NCBI GenBank assembly: GCA_046757165.1
Contig: JBHHXT010000041.1
Span: 1 to 30,864 of the forward strand
Reading direction: 5' to 3'
Origin: a bacterium
Lineage (GTDB): Bacteria; Zhuqueibacterota; Zhuqueibacteria; Oceanimicrobiales; Oceanimicrobiaceae
DNA: 30,864 nt
The position numbers and the translations under genes are program-made. The notes beneath the pieces were generated by a model. That model worked only from the letters and a program-made list of their open reading frames with translations. It made no database searches and was not told where the DNA came from. This document shows, piece after piece, positions 16,297 through 26,392 of this stretch (position 1 is its first letter; every line of letters begins with the position of its first letter).

Positions 16297-19200
16297 CTAA
16301 AAAAACGCACGCATTTCGATCCTGGCAATGTGCTGAGTCCGAGGCCGGTCCGGCTCGCTGCGCCCAAAGTAGCTCATCGACGCTTGCACATTCTGCGACA
16401 GCCGGTAGTCCAACCCAAAATTCCAGCGAAACGTGGTGCCGGCACGATTGCCCTGGGTCAGCTCGAACGGAATCAGGCGGTCTTTTGGTGCCAGGGTCAC
16501 ACGTGTCCACTCCACTTCGGCGCGAGCGCGGCCACGGCTGCTCAGGGAGTACGTTGCGCGCGGTGCAAACGAAACCAGGGTTGCTCTCGTGTTCGGCTCG
16601 CGAACAATGTCCTTATTCTTGCTGAGAACGCTTTTGACAGCCACCTCCCACTTGCGCTGCGGGCGATAGACCAGGTCCAGCTCGAATTCGTTGGACCGCA
16701 CCTTTCTGTCCTCCCGTCCCGGTGATTGAAACAAGCGGTTTTCCTGCGAAACGGCGTACTCAATCCGGGCGCTCACTTGCGGTGCAACCTGTGTGCGCAG
16801 CCGCAGGCGGTGCGCCAGCACCTGGCGTTTCTGGCCGCCACGGATAAACTGGTTGTTGAGCTCATTCCGGCTGCGGTAGCGATAGCGCAACGAAAACTTG
16901 CGACTGTTCTGCCACAGATGGACGTCCTGCCGGAATTCAATCGTGCCGAAGATGGTGGTGCTGTCCTGCTGCAACGCCTGCGGCTGGAGCAGATAGACCT
17001 TCCTGACGTCCTTTTCAGTGGAGCGCTCGTCAATGCGAACAAAAGTTTCTGTGCTTAGAGCACTCAAGGCCTTTTCAACAAACCCCTTTTCGCCTTTCTC
17101 CCCTTTGCTCTGGGCAAAGAACTTTGCCGGCGTCAACCTCACATCTGCTCGCATACGCAGCTCGACGACGGGGATAAAGTCGTTGGTGGTGAACAGCCGC
17201 CGGACAAAATTGCCAAACGGGTCAGGCTCGAACTCGTTGAGCTGCTCGTTGAAGCGAAAATTGCCCTCCCCTTCATCAACTTCAATAAAGACTTCCTCCT
17301 GCCGCGCCACCTGCGTGTTCGAAATCTGGTAGTAGAGATTGGATCTCACGCCTAATTGCCGGGGCCGGTACCCGATTCGAAAATTGGCCAGGTCAGTGCG
17401 CGTGTCTCGAATGGCCTGGTCCTCAAAGTCGCGGCTGCGATGTGTGTACGAGGCCGCGACCTCGACGTCATGCCAGTTCTTCAAAGCGAGCGCGTACGAT
17501 TGCGTCTTTGCGATGGATTTGTCGCTAAACACGCCGTTCAGACGGTCCTTGTCATCGCGGATCGTGTAGCGGGCACTGGCCAGCAGCCGTTTCCAGGGCG
17601 CAAACCCGAGTCGCGCTGTATAGGAATCAAACCGGAAGCCGGTTCTGCTGCTGTCGTTTTGGGTATCCTTGCGAATCTCCCCTTCATATTCGAAACTGGG
17701 GTTGAGGCGCCACAGGTTGGCCTCCGCACGGCCACGCTGGCGCAGCCAGTCGCTCTGGTCGTTCGTGCTTCGGTCTTCCCGGTCGATGAATTCGATGAAA
17801 TAATCGACGCGCGGCAGGGTCGGTCGCTGCAGCTGCGCCTGCACCTCCCAGCGGTTGGCGCTGAATTGTGATGATTTGTCGAGCCGGCCAACCGCCCCCC
17901 GCAGCGACACCCCGTCAAGTGGCAGAACCTGACCCTGGAGTTCCAGAATCTGCTCCTCGTTTGTCACAATCGAACTGTCGATGTTCCAGCGGCGATTAAA
18001 CTCGGCCACCGTAGTTCTGTCCACGTCGTTGAAGGTGGCTGTCTTGCGTCGCAACCGGCCGGAGAAATTGGCGCGTCCCAGGTTCAAGCCGGCAAAACGC
18101 ATCTGCTCTGGCTTGAAGTTGAACTTGATCGTGTACGCAGCCCCCTGATTGTCTCCGTCATCCAGAGAAGAATACAAATTGTTGTCGAGTTGGCTGAAGG
18201 CGAATTCGCTGTTGACCTTGAAATAGGAAGCCGGGCTGACTTCGAGGTTCAACCCCACGAGGTCATGTTGCTGCGCCTTCGGGAAGAGGATAACCGGACG
18301 ATAATCCCCGTTGTTTTCACCGACGAACTCAAACCGCTGCAAACCGATGTTGCGATAATCCCCCCCTCCCGGACCGAAAAATGAAAAGCGCACATTATAG
18401 TTGCCTTTATTCGGCCCGACATAGATGAACACGCCGGTAGAATCCTTAACGTAACTGCCTTTGCCTTCACCGACCAGGGTATCGCCGGGCACCGTGGCCG
18501 CCCCATCCCCCGCGGCCTCGAGCGCGGCGAGCGCGTCAGCGGAGAGCGGAATGGTGAGCGGGTCGTCCTTGGCGTCGCTTTCACGAATGAATGTCATGCC
18601 CAGTTTGACTTTGTCGTTGAGGAGTCTGGTCTGCCCCTGTGCCGACACATAGTTGCGCTGAAAGCTTTCGTCCGAAAATTGAAAATCAACCACAATCCGT
18701 GAATCGCCCGTGATCAGACGGTTGCGCGTAAATGTGATCTGTCCGTTGCCATACTCGATGATGTAATCCTGATTTTCACCGCGTGTCATGAGCTCACCAT
18801 CGATCCAGACCTTCTCCGTGCCCGCCAGCACCAGGATGTTGATGTTGCCGTTTTCTCCATGCAACTGGTAGGGCCCCTGGTTGCCTTCCTGGCCCATGAA
18901 TTCGTTGGTGATGAATTGCCCGCGGGAGACTGCCGCCGATATCTTGAAGGCGCTGTTCGCAAAATCCCCTTGCACCATCACCCCCTCGAGCTTGCGGTGA
19001 TAATTCGTCAGCTCGGACCCTGTAAAATCCAGCGTGTAGTCTCCCAAAGTGGCCTGCAAATTCGGACCCTTGATCTGGACAAAAACTTTGTCTATTTCTT
19101 GCAGCCTTTGTGTATTGCCCTCAGGCTGAATGGGGGTGTTCTGGTCCGTCAGCGAGGCCACGACTTCGACATTGCGGGCCAGGTGGCCAGAAACCTGCAA

Positions 19201-19803
19201 TCGTAGCCCGGAATCCACCTGCAACCCCTGGTTCGAGCCCACGGACACGCCGCGAATAATGCTGCCGCTCTTGCGCAGATTGGACGGGAGAATCTCCCGC
19301 GAGACCTGCACCGGCTGGCGTGGGAGAGATGAATTCGTCCCGGAATCGCCGGGCGAGTTTTCTTTCTTCGACTGCGCCCGAACGATTCGCCGGTGGGAAT
19401 ATCTCCTTCGCAGGGAAAAGGGAAAATACCGGTAGCGGATAGTCAGAACCGTACCCGGCACCAGTGGCTCTGGCAGAGAAAACGACCCCGAGATGTAATC
19501 GATCTTGTAATCATCCGTTATCCTCAATCTCGCCGAATCTGCGAAAAGGATCTCGGAACCAGGAATGAGAAAACTATCCGGCAGGGCATGGTGCAACTGC
19601 AGGCTGTCGACAGCCAGCACAACTTCTTTCTCAAAGAGAGAGACGGCATGCTCATGCGGGAGGGATTGAGCCGACAGGAAAGCCGCGCTCCCTATTGCAC
19701 AGACTTCGAAAAACAATAAGAAAGTATACGTTCGCTCTGGCAGCACTTCAGGAGAACCAGTTACAGTTTGGACCACGAGTTTAGGAATGCCAGTACCGGA
19801 CAC
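16297..19803 (-). CDS. Large putative outer-membrane beta-barrel protein of unknown function (start uncertain)
   Basis: 1168-aa ORF; hydrophobic signal-like segment ending FLSAQ; alternating amphipathic beta-strand pattern; ends IEMRAFF. Confidence 0.75.
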   Translation of the reverse strand: MSGTGIPKLVVQTVTGSPEVLPERTYTFLLFFEVCAIGSAAFLSAQSLPHEHAVSLFEKEVVLAVDSLQLHHALPDSFLIPGSEILFADSARLRITDDYKIDYISGSFSLPEPLVPGTVLTIRYRYFPFSLRRRYSHRRIVRAQSKKENSPGDSGTNSSLPRQPVQVSREILPSNLRKSGSIIRGVSVGSNQGLQVDSGLRLQVSGHLARNVEVVASLTDQNTPIQPEGNTQRLQEIDKVFVQIKGPNLQATLGDYTLDFTGSELTNYHRKLEGVMVQGDFANSAFKISAAVSRGQFITNEFMGQEGNQGPYQLHGENGNINILVLAGTEKVWIDGELMTRGENQDYIIEYGNGQITFTRNRLITGDSRIVVDFQFSDESFQRNYVSAQGQTRLLNDKVKLGMTFIRESDAKDDPLTIPLSADALAALEAAGDGAATVPGDTLVGEGKGSYVKDSTGVFIYVGPNKGNYNVRFSFFGPGGGDYRNIGLQRFEFVGENNGDYRPVILFPKAQQHDLVGLNLEVSPASYFKVNSEFAFSQLDNNLYSSLDDGDNQGAAYTIKFNFKPEQMRFAGLNLGRANFSGRLRRKTATFNDVDRTTVAEFNRRWNIDSSIVTNEEQILELQGQVLPLDGVSLRGAVGRLDKSSQFSANRWEVQAQLQRPTLPRVDYFIEFIDREDRSTNDQSDWLRQRGRAEANLWRLNPSFEYEGEIRKDTQNDSSRTGFRFDSYTARLGFAPWKRLLASARYTIRDDKDRLNGVFSDKSIAKTQSYALALKNWHDVEVAASYTHRSRDFEDQAIRDTRTDLANFRIGYRPRQLGVRSNLYYQISNTQVARQEEVFIEVDEGEGNFRFNEQLNEFEPDPFGNFVRRLFTTNDFIPVVELRMRADVRLTPAKFFAQSKGEKGEKGFVEKALSALSTETFVRIDERSTEKDVRKVYLLQPQALQQDSTTIFGTIEFRQDVHLWQNSRKFSLRYRYRSRNELNNQFIRGGQKRQVLAHRLRLRTQVAPQVSARIEYAVSQENRLFQSPGREDRKVRSNEFELDLVYRPQRKWEVAVKSVLSKNKDIVREPNTRATLVSFAPRATYSLSSRGRARAEVEWTRVTLAPKDRLIPFELTQGNRAGTTFRWNFGLDYRLSQNVQASMSYFGRSEPDRPRTQHIARIEMRAFF

Positions 19804-19893
19804 GCAGAGGATCTATTCCACCATCAGCCTTGCAGTACTGAGCATCATCATCTTGGTTGTAACAAAAAGACTGAACAGACCTCCATTCTGGTA

Positions 19894-20829
19894 CTACAGA
19901 GATGACAATTTGAACACCTGAATTCTGTTGTTATTGCTGTCGAGAACGTATATCTTTTGCTCGTAAACGGCGACGTCCATCGCCGCTTCAAACGCACCAG
20001 CCTTTTCTCCTTTCGTCCCCCAGCCAAATACCAGACGCTGGCCCTGGTCAAAAACCGCGACACGATCATGCCCCGAATCTGCAACCAGAAGCAGTGAGCG
20101 GTACCACGCTAAGCCGCCCGGTTGTCGTAGTTTGTCAGCGCCGAAACGAGACAAATAATTGCCGTAGTAATCATAGACGACGATGTCGTTCGCCTCACGG
20201 TCTGAAACGTAGACGCGGTCATCCGCTGTGATTTCGATTCGGGCGGGGGCTTGCAACCGTCCTTCCCCCCAGTTGAAATCCCCGAAGCTCAGAACCGGAT
20301 CCCCAAGCGCATTTAGCTTCAAGATGCGGTTGTTTTCGTTATCACAGATAAACAGCTCGCCATGTTTGGAGATATCGACGCCGGCAGGAAAGCCAAACCG
20401 CAGATTCTCAGGCTGCGTCTCATCTACGGTCAACGAGGAAATGAAATTCAAGTCCCGGTCGTAACGCTCGATTCTCTCGTTGTTGTAATCCGCGATGAAA
20501 ATATCGAGCATCGTTTTGACGGAGATATCCTGAGGGCGGTCGAACGCTTCCCGTTCCCAGCCGAACCCTCCAACGGCGGCGACAATCTCCCCGTCCCGGT
20601 CGAACTTGACCACACGATTATGGCCCGTGTCCACCACGTAAACATTTCCGTCGCTGTCCACAGCAAACGCTTGCGGCTGCGCCAACCGAGCTCTTTGAGA
20701 AGGATTGGGCGGGAAGGTGTAAAGAAACTCAACCGTGTAATTGTGATCCGTGCGCTGTGATCGGGCAGGAGAAACACAAACCAAACCCAGAAGGACGAAA
20801 AGCGTGCATGTTCTTATGTGAGACTGCAT
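19894..20829 (-). CDS. Secreted NHL-repeat beta-propeller protein
   Basis: Six repeats of the P.G.AVD.G.VYV.D..N.RV type; signal peptide after ATG 20829. Confidence 0.88.
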   Translation of the reverse strand: MQSHIRTCTLFVLLGLVCVSPARSQRTDHNYTVEFLYTFPPNPSQRARLAQPQAFAVDSDGNVYVVDTGHNRVVKFDRDGEIVAAVGGFGWEREAFDRPQDISVKTMLDIFIADYNNERIERYDRDLNFISSLTVDETQPENLRFGFPAGVDISKHGELFICDNENNRILKLNALGDPVLSFGDFNWGEGRLQAPARIEITADDRVYVSDREANDIVVYDYYGNYLSRFGADKLRQPGGLAWYRSLLLVADSGHDRVAVFDQGQRLVFGWGTKGEKAGAFEAAMDVAVYEQKIYVLDSNNNRIQVFKLSSL

Positions 20830-20922
20830 CTTACTATTGATCAACTTTGCAAGCGGCACATAGTTTCACCGCCCGGCAGGCTCCGAGGTTTATTTTTGTG
20901 TTTCTGAAGGAAAGTCTAGCAT

Positions 20923-20964
20923 AAAACGAAAAAGCCGTTTCCTTGTCCTGGTCCTGAAACGGCT
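20923..20964 (-). terminator. Rho-independent terminator after frr
   Basis: AGCCGTTTC/GAAACGGCT stem followed by a U-rich tract on the minus strand. Confidence 0.7.
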
Positions 20965-20993
20965 CGAACTTTTTCCACTTTTGGCAGGAGGGA

Positions 20994-21554
20994 TCAGACT
21001 TCCATGACTTCTTCCTCTTTGCTTTTCAGAAGCTCGTCGATTTGGTTCACATACTTGTCTGTCAACTTCTGCATCTCGTCGATGGCTGTATGGTATTGGT
21101 CTTCAGAAATCTCGTGGCTTTTTTCAGCCTTCTTGAGTTTTTCATTGCTATCCCGCCGGACGTTTCTGACGGCGATTCGCCCTTCCTCCGCCAACTTATG
21201 ACAGAGTCGGACCAGGTCTTTTCGCCTCTCCTCGGTTAATTGTGGAATGGGTAATCGAATCACATTGCCATCGTTGACCGGGTTTAATCCCAGGTCGGCC
21301 TTCATAATGGCCTTTTCGATTTCCGCGATCAAATTCTTTTCCCACGGCTGGATGGTGATAAGGCGTGGCTCTGGTGTATTGATCGTGCCAACTTGTTTGA
21401 GCGGAACCATATTGCCATAGTATGAAACTCTTACCGTATCCAGCAAAGCTGGCGACGCCTTCCCGGTCCGAATTTTGGTAAACTCCACGCGCGTGTTTTC
21501 TACCGCCTTTAGCATGCGCTCTTCAGCGTAGCGTTTGTTTTCGTTGATCTCCAT
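20994..21554 (-). CDS. frr: Ribosome recycling factor
   Basis: IRTGKASP, GLNPVNDG, LTEERRKDLV and RNVRRD motifs; follows pyrH. Confidence 0.97.
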   Translation of the reverse strand: MEINENKRYAEERMLKAVENTRVEFTKIRTGKASPALLDTVRVSYYGNMVPLKQVGTINTPEPRLITIQPWEKNLIAEIEKAIMKADLGLNPVNDGNVIRLPIPQLTEERRKDLVRLCHKLAEEGRIAVRNVRRDSNEKLKKAEKSHEISEDQYHTAIDEMQKLTDKYVNQIDELLKSKEEEVMEV

Positions 21555-21556
21555 AA

Positions 21557-22276
21557 TCAGGCACCTGAAATTTTGGTTCCTACGGACTCCCCTAAGATCA
21601 CTCGCTTAAGATAACCCTTTCGGGTCAAGTTATAAACGATGATTGGCAATTTGTTCTCCATACAGAGCGTCACTGCTGTAGAATCCATCACCTGTAGCCG
21701 GCGCTTGACCACATCGAGGTAGGTCAGGGAATCAAATTTCGTTGCGTGGTCGTTCTTCAACGGATCTGAGTCGTAAACGCCATCGACTCTCGTCCCTTTC
21801 AAGATCACGTCAGCTTCGATCTCGACCGCTCTCAGGGCGGCGGCGGTGTCAGTCGTGAAATAGGGATTGCCGGTGCCGGCGGCAAAAATGACGATCCTGC
21901 CCTTTTCCAGATGTCTAATGGCCCGCCTGCGAATAAAAGGCTCGGCAACCTCTTCCATCTTGATCGCGGTTAGCACGCGGGTGTAGGCGTCGTGCCGCTC
22001 CAGGTAATCCTGCAGCGCCATGGCATTGATCACGGTCGCCAGCATGCCCATATAGTCAGCGGAGACGCGGTCCATGCCGCGGGCACTGGCAGACAGTCCC
22101 CGGAAGATATTGCCTCCACCAATAACGATCCCGATTTCAACGCCGAGTTCGCTAACCTCTTTTATTTCTAATGCATGGTTTTCGACAGTCTTTGGGTCGA
22201 TTCCCAGCCCCTGCTGGCCCACCAACGCCTCCCCGCTCAGTTTGAGGAGGACGCGCTTATAGCAAGGTCGCTGCAT
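21557..22276 (-). CDS. pyrH: UMP kinase
   Basis: [25 protein letters not shown] and GNPYFTTD motifs. Confidence 0.98.
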   Translation of the reverse strand: MQRPCYKRVLLKLSGEALVGQQGLGIDPKTVENHALEIKEVSELGVEIGIVIGGGNIFRGLSASARGMDRVSADYMGMLATVINAMALQDYLERHDAYTRVLTAIKMEEVAEPFIRRRAIRHLEKGRIVIFAAGTGNPYFTTDTAAALRAVEIEADVILKGTRVDGVYDSDPLKNDHATKFDSLTYLDVVKRRLQVMDSTAVTLCMENKLPIIVYNLTRKGYLKRVILGESVGTKISGA

Positions 22277-22314
22277 ATGATTGAGTTCCTGTGGTGAGGT
22301 CGCGATTGCTGCTG

Positions 22315-22908
22315 CTATGAGCCAAGCTGGTACCTGACGAATCTTCTGATCTGAATATTCTCACCGGTCTTGGCAATGACGTCTGTCAGCAATTCTTTGA
22401 TGTTCTTGTTCGGGTCCTTGATGAAGCTCTGCTCCAACAAGACAGATTCCTGGTAGAATTTCTCGAGTTTGCCCTGCACAAAGCGCTCGATGATATTCTC
22501 AGGCTTGCCTTCGTTGCGAGCCTGAGTGGTATAGATTTCCAACTCTTTATTGATCTCGTCCTGAGAAAACTCATCACGGGACACTGCGCGCGCGTTGGTC
22601 GCCGCAATCTGCATGGCGATGTCCTTGACAAACGCCCTGAAATCGTCAGTCTTGGCAACAAAATCGGTTTCGCAATTGACTTCTACGAGCACGCCCAACC
22701 GGTTGCCAGGATGGATATACGCCTCCACGACGCCTTCCTTGGTTTCCCGGCCAGCTCGTTTCTCAGCCGAGGCGATGCCCTTCTTGCGCAAAAGCTCAAC
22801 GGCTTTCTCTACATCGCCCTCGCTCTCAACCAGGGCGCTTTTGCACTCCATGATGCCGACACCGGTTTTTTCTCTCAATGCCTTGACTTTATCAGCAGAA
22901 ACTGCCAT
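22315..22908 (-). CDS. tsf: Elongation factor Ts (short form)
   Basis: [16 protein letters not shown] and [10 protein letters not shown] motifs. Confidence 0.97.
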   Translation of the reverse strand: MAVSADKVKALREKTGVGIMECKSALVESEGDVEKAVELLRKKGIASAEKRAGRETKEGVVEAYIHPGNRLGVLVEVNCETDFVAKTDDFRAFVKDIAMQIAATNARAVSRDEFSQDEINKELEIYTTQARNEGKPENIIERFVQGKLEKFYQESVLLEQSFIKDPNKNIKELLTDVIAKTGENIQIRRFVRYQLGS

Positions 22909-22939
22909 TCGTTACACCTCCACACAAAGATTTCCTGAA

Positions 22940-23770
22940 TTACTGTGTTTCTCCACCTTCACCTTCTTTTATTTTTTCTGCAACCGCTTCGACCTCCGCG
23001 GCGTTCTCCGTCACGATGACATCATCGCGCACCTCTTCGCGCTTCTTGGCGATCTCCTTTGCCGGAGCTTCCTCCTCCGGTTCAACCTGCGCGGCGCTTT
23101 TGCCTTCGATGACGGCGTCAGCAATGGCATGCACGACGAGATTGATCGACTTGAAGGCATCATCGTTGGCCGGGACCGGGAAGTCCACCAACTCTGGATC
23201 ACAATTGGTGTCGACGATTGCAAAAATCGCAATATTGAGCTTGGTCGCCTCCGCCACGGCGATGCTCTCTTTCTTGGTGTCGACGATAAACACCGCACCC
23301 GGGAGCCGGTTCATATCTCGAATGCCCCCCAGCACCAGGAGCAGTTTCTCACGCTTGCGCTCGTTGCGAAGAATTTCTTTCTTGACCAGCTTGTCGTAGG
23401 TTCCGTCAGTGGCCATTTTTTCAATTTGCTTCATGCGCCGAATGCTCTTCTTGATCGTAGCGAAATTCGTCAGCGTGCCGCCTAACCAGCGCTCATTGAT
23501 ATAAAACGCGTTACATCTTTCGGCCTCATTCTTGATGATATCCCTTGCCTGCTTTTTCGTGCCAATAAACAAGATAGACTCGCCGCCTCGCACGATATCA
23601 ACGATCGCCTTGTACGCCGTCTCCAAACAATCGAGCGTCTTCTTCAAGTCAATAACATAAATCCCATTTCTCTCCATAAAGATGTATTTTTTCATCTTCG
23701 GATTCCATCTGCGCGTCAGATGGCCGAAATGGGCTCCGGCAATCAGCAGGTCTTGTAACGACACATTCAT
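22940..23770 (-). CDS. rpsB: 30S ribosomal protein S2
   Basis: [22 protein letters not shown] and PANDD motifs; GGAGG before ATG 23770. Confidence 0.98.
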   Translation of the reverse strand: MNVSLQDLLIAGAHFGHLTRRWNPKMKKYIFMERNGIYVIDLKKTLDCLETAYKAIVDIVRGGESILFIGTKKQARDIIKNEAERCNAFYINERWLGGTLTNFATIKKSIRRMKQIEKMATDGTYDKLVKKEILRNERKREKLLLVLGGIRDMNRLPGAVFIVDTKKESIAVAEATKLNIAIFAIVDTNCDPELVDFPVPANDDAFKSINLVVHAIADAVIEGKSAAQVEPEEEAPAKEIAKKREEVRDDVIVTENAAEVEAVAEKIKEGEGGETQ

Positions 23771-23775
23771 TTGAA

Positions 23776-23862
23776 CCTCCAGCTTTTGGGTTGAATCCGC
23801 CACTGGCCGAGAAAAGACACACCCATCTCAGGGGCACCCAAAAACAAAGCCAGTGTGTGTGA
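23776..23862 (-). ncRNA. rpsB (S2) autoregulatory leader RNA
   Basis: Minus strand CACACAC-ACUGGC...GGGUGC...GCCAGUGG...AACCC, matching the architecture of known S2 leaders. Confidence 0.75.
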
Positions 23863-23876
23863 TAATTATGTAACTC

Positions 23877-24269
23877 TTAACGTTTTGAGAATTGAAATCT
23901 TTTGCGTGCACCGGGCTGACCGCACTTCTTGCGCTCCTTCATTCTTGGATCGCGCGTCAGCAAGCCGGCTGCTTTTAGTTTCGGACGATACTCTTCATCA
24001 ACTTTCATCAACGCACGGGCGATCCCGAGCCGAACGGCCCCGGCCTGACCGGATAATCCCCCGCCACAGACGTTAACGTAAATATCATACTTCCCAAGCG
24101 TGTCGGTGAGGGTAAGGGGCTGCTCGATGATCATCTGTAGAATCTCTCGCTTGAAAAACTCCAGCAACGACTTTTTGTTCACAACGAATTGACCATCGCC
24201 AGGGATAAGCCGGACTCGCGCGACAGCTTCCTTCCTTCTGCCAACTGCATGAAATGCCTGACCTTTCAT
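23877..24269 (-). CDS. rpsI: 30S ribosomal protein S9
   Basis: [20 protein letters not shown] and [10 protein letters not shown] motifs. Confidence 0.98.
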   Translation of the reverse strand: MKGQAFHAVGRRKEAVARVRLIPGDGQFVVNKKSLLEFFKREILQMIIEQPLTLTDTLGKYDIYVNVCGGGLSGQAGAVRLGIARALMKVDEEYRPKLKAAGLLTRDPRMKERKKCGQPGARKRFQFSKR

Positions 24270-24280
24270 TCGCTCCTCTT

Positions 24281-24712
24281 TTAAGTTAGTTCTAATCTTT
24301 CGGGACTTTGCGCCGCGTGCGGATGGGAGTTTCCTGCGTAGACTTTCAGCTTTTTATACATCTTCCTGCCAAGCCGGTTGTGGGGCAGCATCCCCCAGAT
24401 CGCTCTCTGCAGAATCTTTTCCGGAGCCTTCCGTATCAATTCTTCAAATGAATCGGAGCGCAGGCCGCCGGGATAGCCCGTATGACGGTAGTATCTTTTC
24501 ATCTGTGCCTTCTTGCCGGTCAGACGAATTTTTTCGGCATTGATGATGACAACATAGTCTCCCACGTCCATATGCGGCGAAAAAGTCGGCTTATGCTTGC
24601 CGCGCAAAATGGTCGCGACCCGGCTGGCCACTCGCCCCAAAATCTGGCCTTGTGCGTCGACCAGCAGCCACTTGCGTTCAACTTCATCCGGATTAACGAT
24701 GTATGTTTTCAA
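24281..24712 (-). CDS. rplM: 50S ribosomal protein L13
   Basis: LGRVAS, GKHKP, HTGYPGG and GMLP motifs; TTG start after GAGGAG. Confidence 0.98.
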   Translation of the reverse strand: MKTYIVNPDEVERKWLLVDAQGQILGRVASRVATILRGKHKPTFSPHMDVGDYVVIINAEKIRLTGKKAQMKRYYRHTGYPGGLRSDSFEELIRKAPEKILQRAIWGMLPHNRLGRKMYKKLKVYAGNSHPHAAQSPERLELT

Positions 24713-24761
24713 AGTCTAATCTCCTCTTAAACGCTTTTGATCTGCTTGAATGCAATTTATC

Positions 24762-24790
24762 ATAATAAGAAAGATAATCCTAATAGTCAA
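24762..24790 (-). promoter_or_regulatory. sigma70 promoter of the rplM operon
   Basis: TTGACT-N17-TATTAT. Confidence 0.8.
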
Positions 24791-24867
24791 GATATTTCTC
24801 GTAGCACACAGCCGTACAAAATGTGAAACAGCCCGCACAACTCCTGGCGCGGCCAAGCCGCTCTGCA

Positions 24868-24941
24868 GACGTGAGATGTCAAACGTGAAACGTGTCCGTC
24901 CCTAATCACCTGGCATCGCTCGCGGATAGCACGTCTCACGT
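24868..24941. repeat. Heptamer (ACGTGAR) repeat hairpin downstream of speB
   Basis: GACGTGAGATGTCAAACGTGAAACGTG versus CACGTCTCACGT, which overlaps the speB stop codon. Confidence 0.45.
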
Positions 24942-25799
24942 GGCGAGCACACCTTCAAAAACATAACCCAGCAGCTTGTAGACCAGCCTGGCCGCCAGGA
25001 AATCAGACGCCGGGAATTCTGGCCTGGGCCTCAACTCTACCACATCGAACCCGACGACCTGGCGTGACTGAATGACCTTTCTCAAGAAATTCAACGTTTC
25101 GTACCAGTGGAATCCGCCAGGCTCGGGTGAGCCGACGGAAGGCACAACGGCGGGATCAAAAAAGTCCAGGTCGATCGTGATATACACCTGCTGCCCGAGC
25201 GTGTGCATGACCTGCTCCTGCCAGCTGCTCTCTGGTACCATTTCCCAGGCGTAAAATATGCGCGACGGCGGTCTTAGCAGCTCCTGTTCTCCCGCGATCG
25301 AGCTTCGAATCCCGACGCCGACATAAGGACAAAGCTCCTGAATGCGCGCCATGACGCAAGCGTGGTTTAGCCGCGAGCCGAGGTAGCTGTCGCGCAGGTC
25401 GCTATGGGCGTCCAACTGAAGGACTGACAGATGCGGATAAAACTTCTGAAAAGCGCGCACCACTCCGACAGACACCGTATGCTCGCCGCCCAGGGCGGCG
25501 ACAAATTTGTTCTGGCGCAGCAGCTCTTCGCACGCCGCTGAAATCTCTTCGACAGCCCGCTCTGGCACGCAATCAAGCTTCAGCCACGGCCTCACGGTCG
25601 CAATCCCGATCTGGCAGGGTTCCGTGTTCAACACCTCGTCGTAAAGCTCAACCTGCGTAGAAGCAGCAATGATCGCCTCCGGGCCATACTTCGTTCCCCG
25701 GCCATAGGTCGTGGTTTTTTCAAACGGTATGGCCAGGACCACCGCCCGGGCTTGTTCAAGGTCAGCTAACTCCGAGGGCAAATCAAGGAAATCTGTCAT
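24936..25799 (-). CDS. speB: Agmatinase
   Basis: GGEHTVS, DAHSDLRD, IDLDFFDP, PEPGG and DVVEL motifs; adjacent to an arginine decarboxylase. Confidence 0.93.
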   Translation of the reverse strand: MTDFLDLPSELADLEQARAVVLAIPFEKTTTYGRGTKYGPEAIIAASTQVELYDEVLNTEPCQIGIATVRPWLKLDCVPERAVEEISAACEELLRQNKFVAALGGEHTVSVGVVRAFQKFYPHLSVLQLDAHSDLRDSYLGSRLNHACVMARIQELCPYVGVGIRSSIAGEQELLRPPSRIFYAWEMVPESSWQEQVMHTLGQQVYITIDLDFFDPAVVPSVGSPEPGGFHWYETLNFLRKVIQSRQVVGFDVVELRPRPEFPASDFLAARLVYKLLGYVFEGVLAT

Positions 25800-26356
25800 C
25801 GTTCTTCAGTTGACCATAACAAAATCGCGGCAGCAACCACCGTGGTCCACAGTCCGCTTTTGTCCCCAAGAGCTGACTGCGTGATATTTCTTGTCGTCAC
25901 AATTTTGTCGCTGATGCGCCAGATTTCCTTCTTCTCATCCCAGGAAGACTCCGCATCGATATCCACTCCAAGAATCGTTGCCAACATGCTGGCGGCTAAA
26001 TCCTCGGCATAATCGCCGGCGACATCATCGGTTTGCCCAAAGCTGTGATGTTCTGAAAGATAGCCATAGAGGTTGCGATCTCGGGGGATAGCTACGCCAA
26101 CCGAGGCAGCCATCAGACGCCGCGGCTCATTGGACTCCGTCTGGCTAATCACTGCATAAACAATCTGACCGGGCTTCAGCTCCCGCAATCCGGATGTCCT
26201 CGGCACAATCTTGCAGTGGGGAGGAAAGATGCTGGAGACCCTGACAAGATTGTACTCAGCGATATCCGCATCTCGCAATGCTAATTCGAAGCTGGTCAAC
26301 TTTTCTTTGTGCTTACCGACGCCTTTGGTGAAAAACATCTTTCTCGGCACAAACAA
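25796..26356 (-). CDS. pdaD: Pyruvoyl-dependent arginine decarboxylase
   Basis: SFELALRDA..YNLVRVSSIFP (Ser-Ser autocleavage site) and GYLSEHH. Confidence 0.9.
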   Translation of the reverse strand: MFVPRKMFFTKGVGKHKEKLTSFELALRDADIAEYNLVRVSSIFPPHCKIVPRTSGLRELKPGQIVYAVISQTESNEPRRLMAASVGVAIPRDRNLYGYLSEHHSFGQTDDVAGDYAEDLAASMLATILGVDIDAESSWDEKKEIWRISDKIVTTRNITQSALGDKSGLWTTVVAAAILLWSTEER

Positions 26357-26392
26357 TCGTAGACACTCCCTCCTTTTACCTTCCCTACCTTC

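Noticed and set aside
22315..22908. Short EF-Ts as a possible truncation or pseudogene
   Set aside because: About 200-aa EF-Ts forms are well known (e.g. Thermus), and this ORF has intact ends
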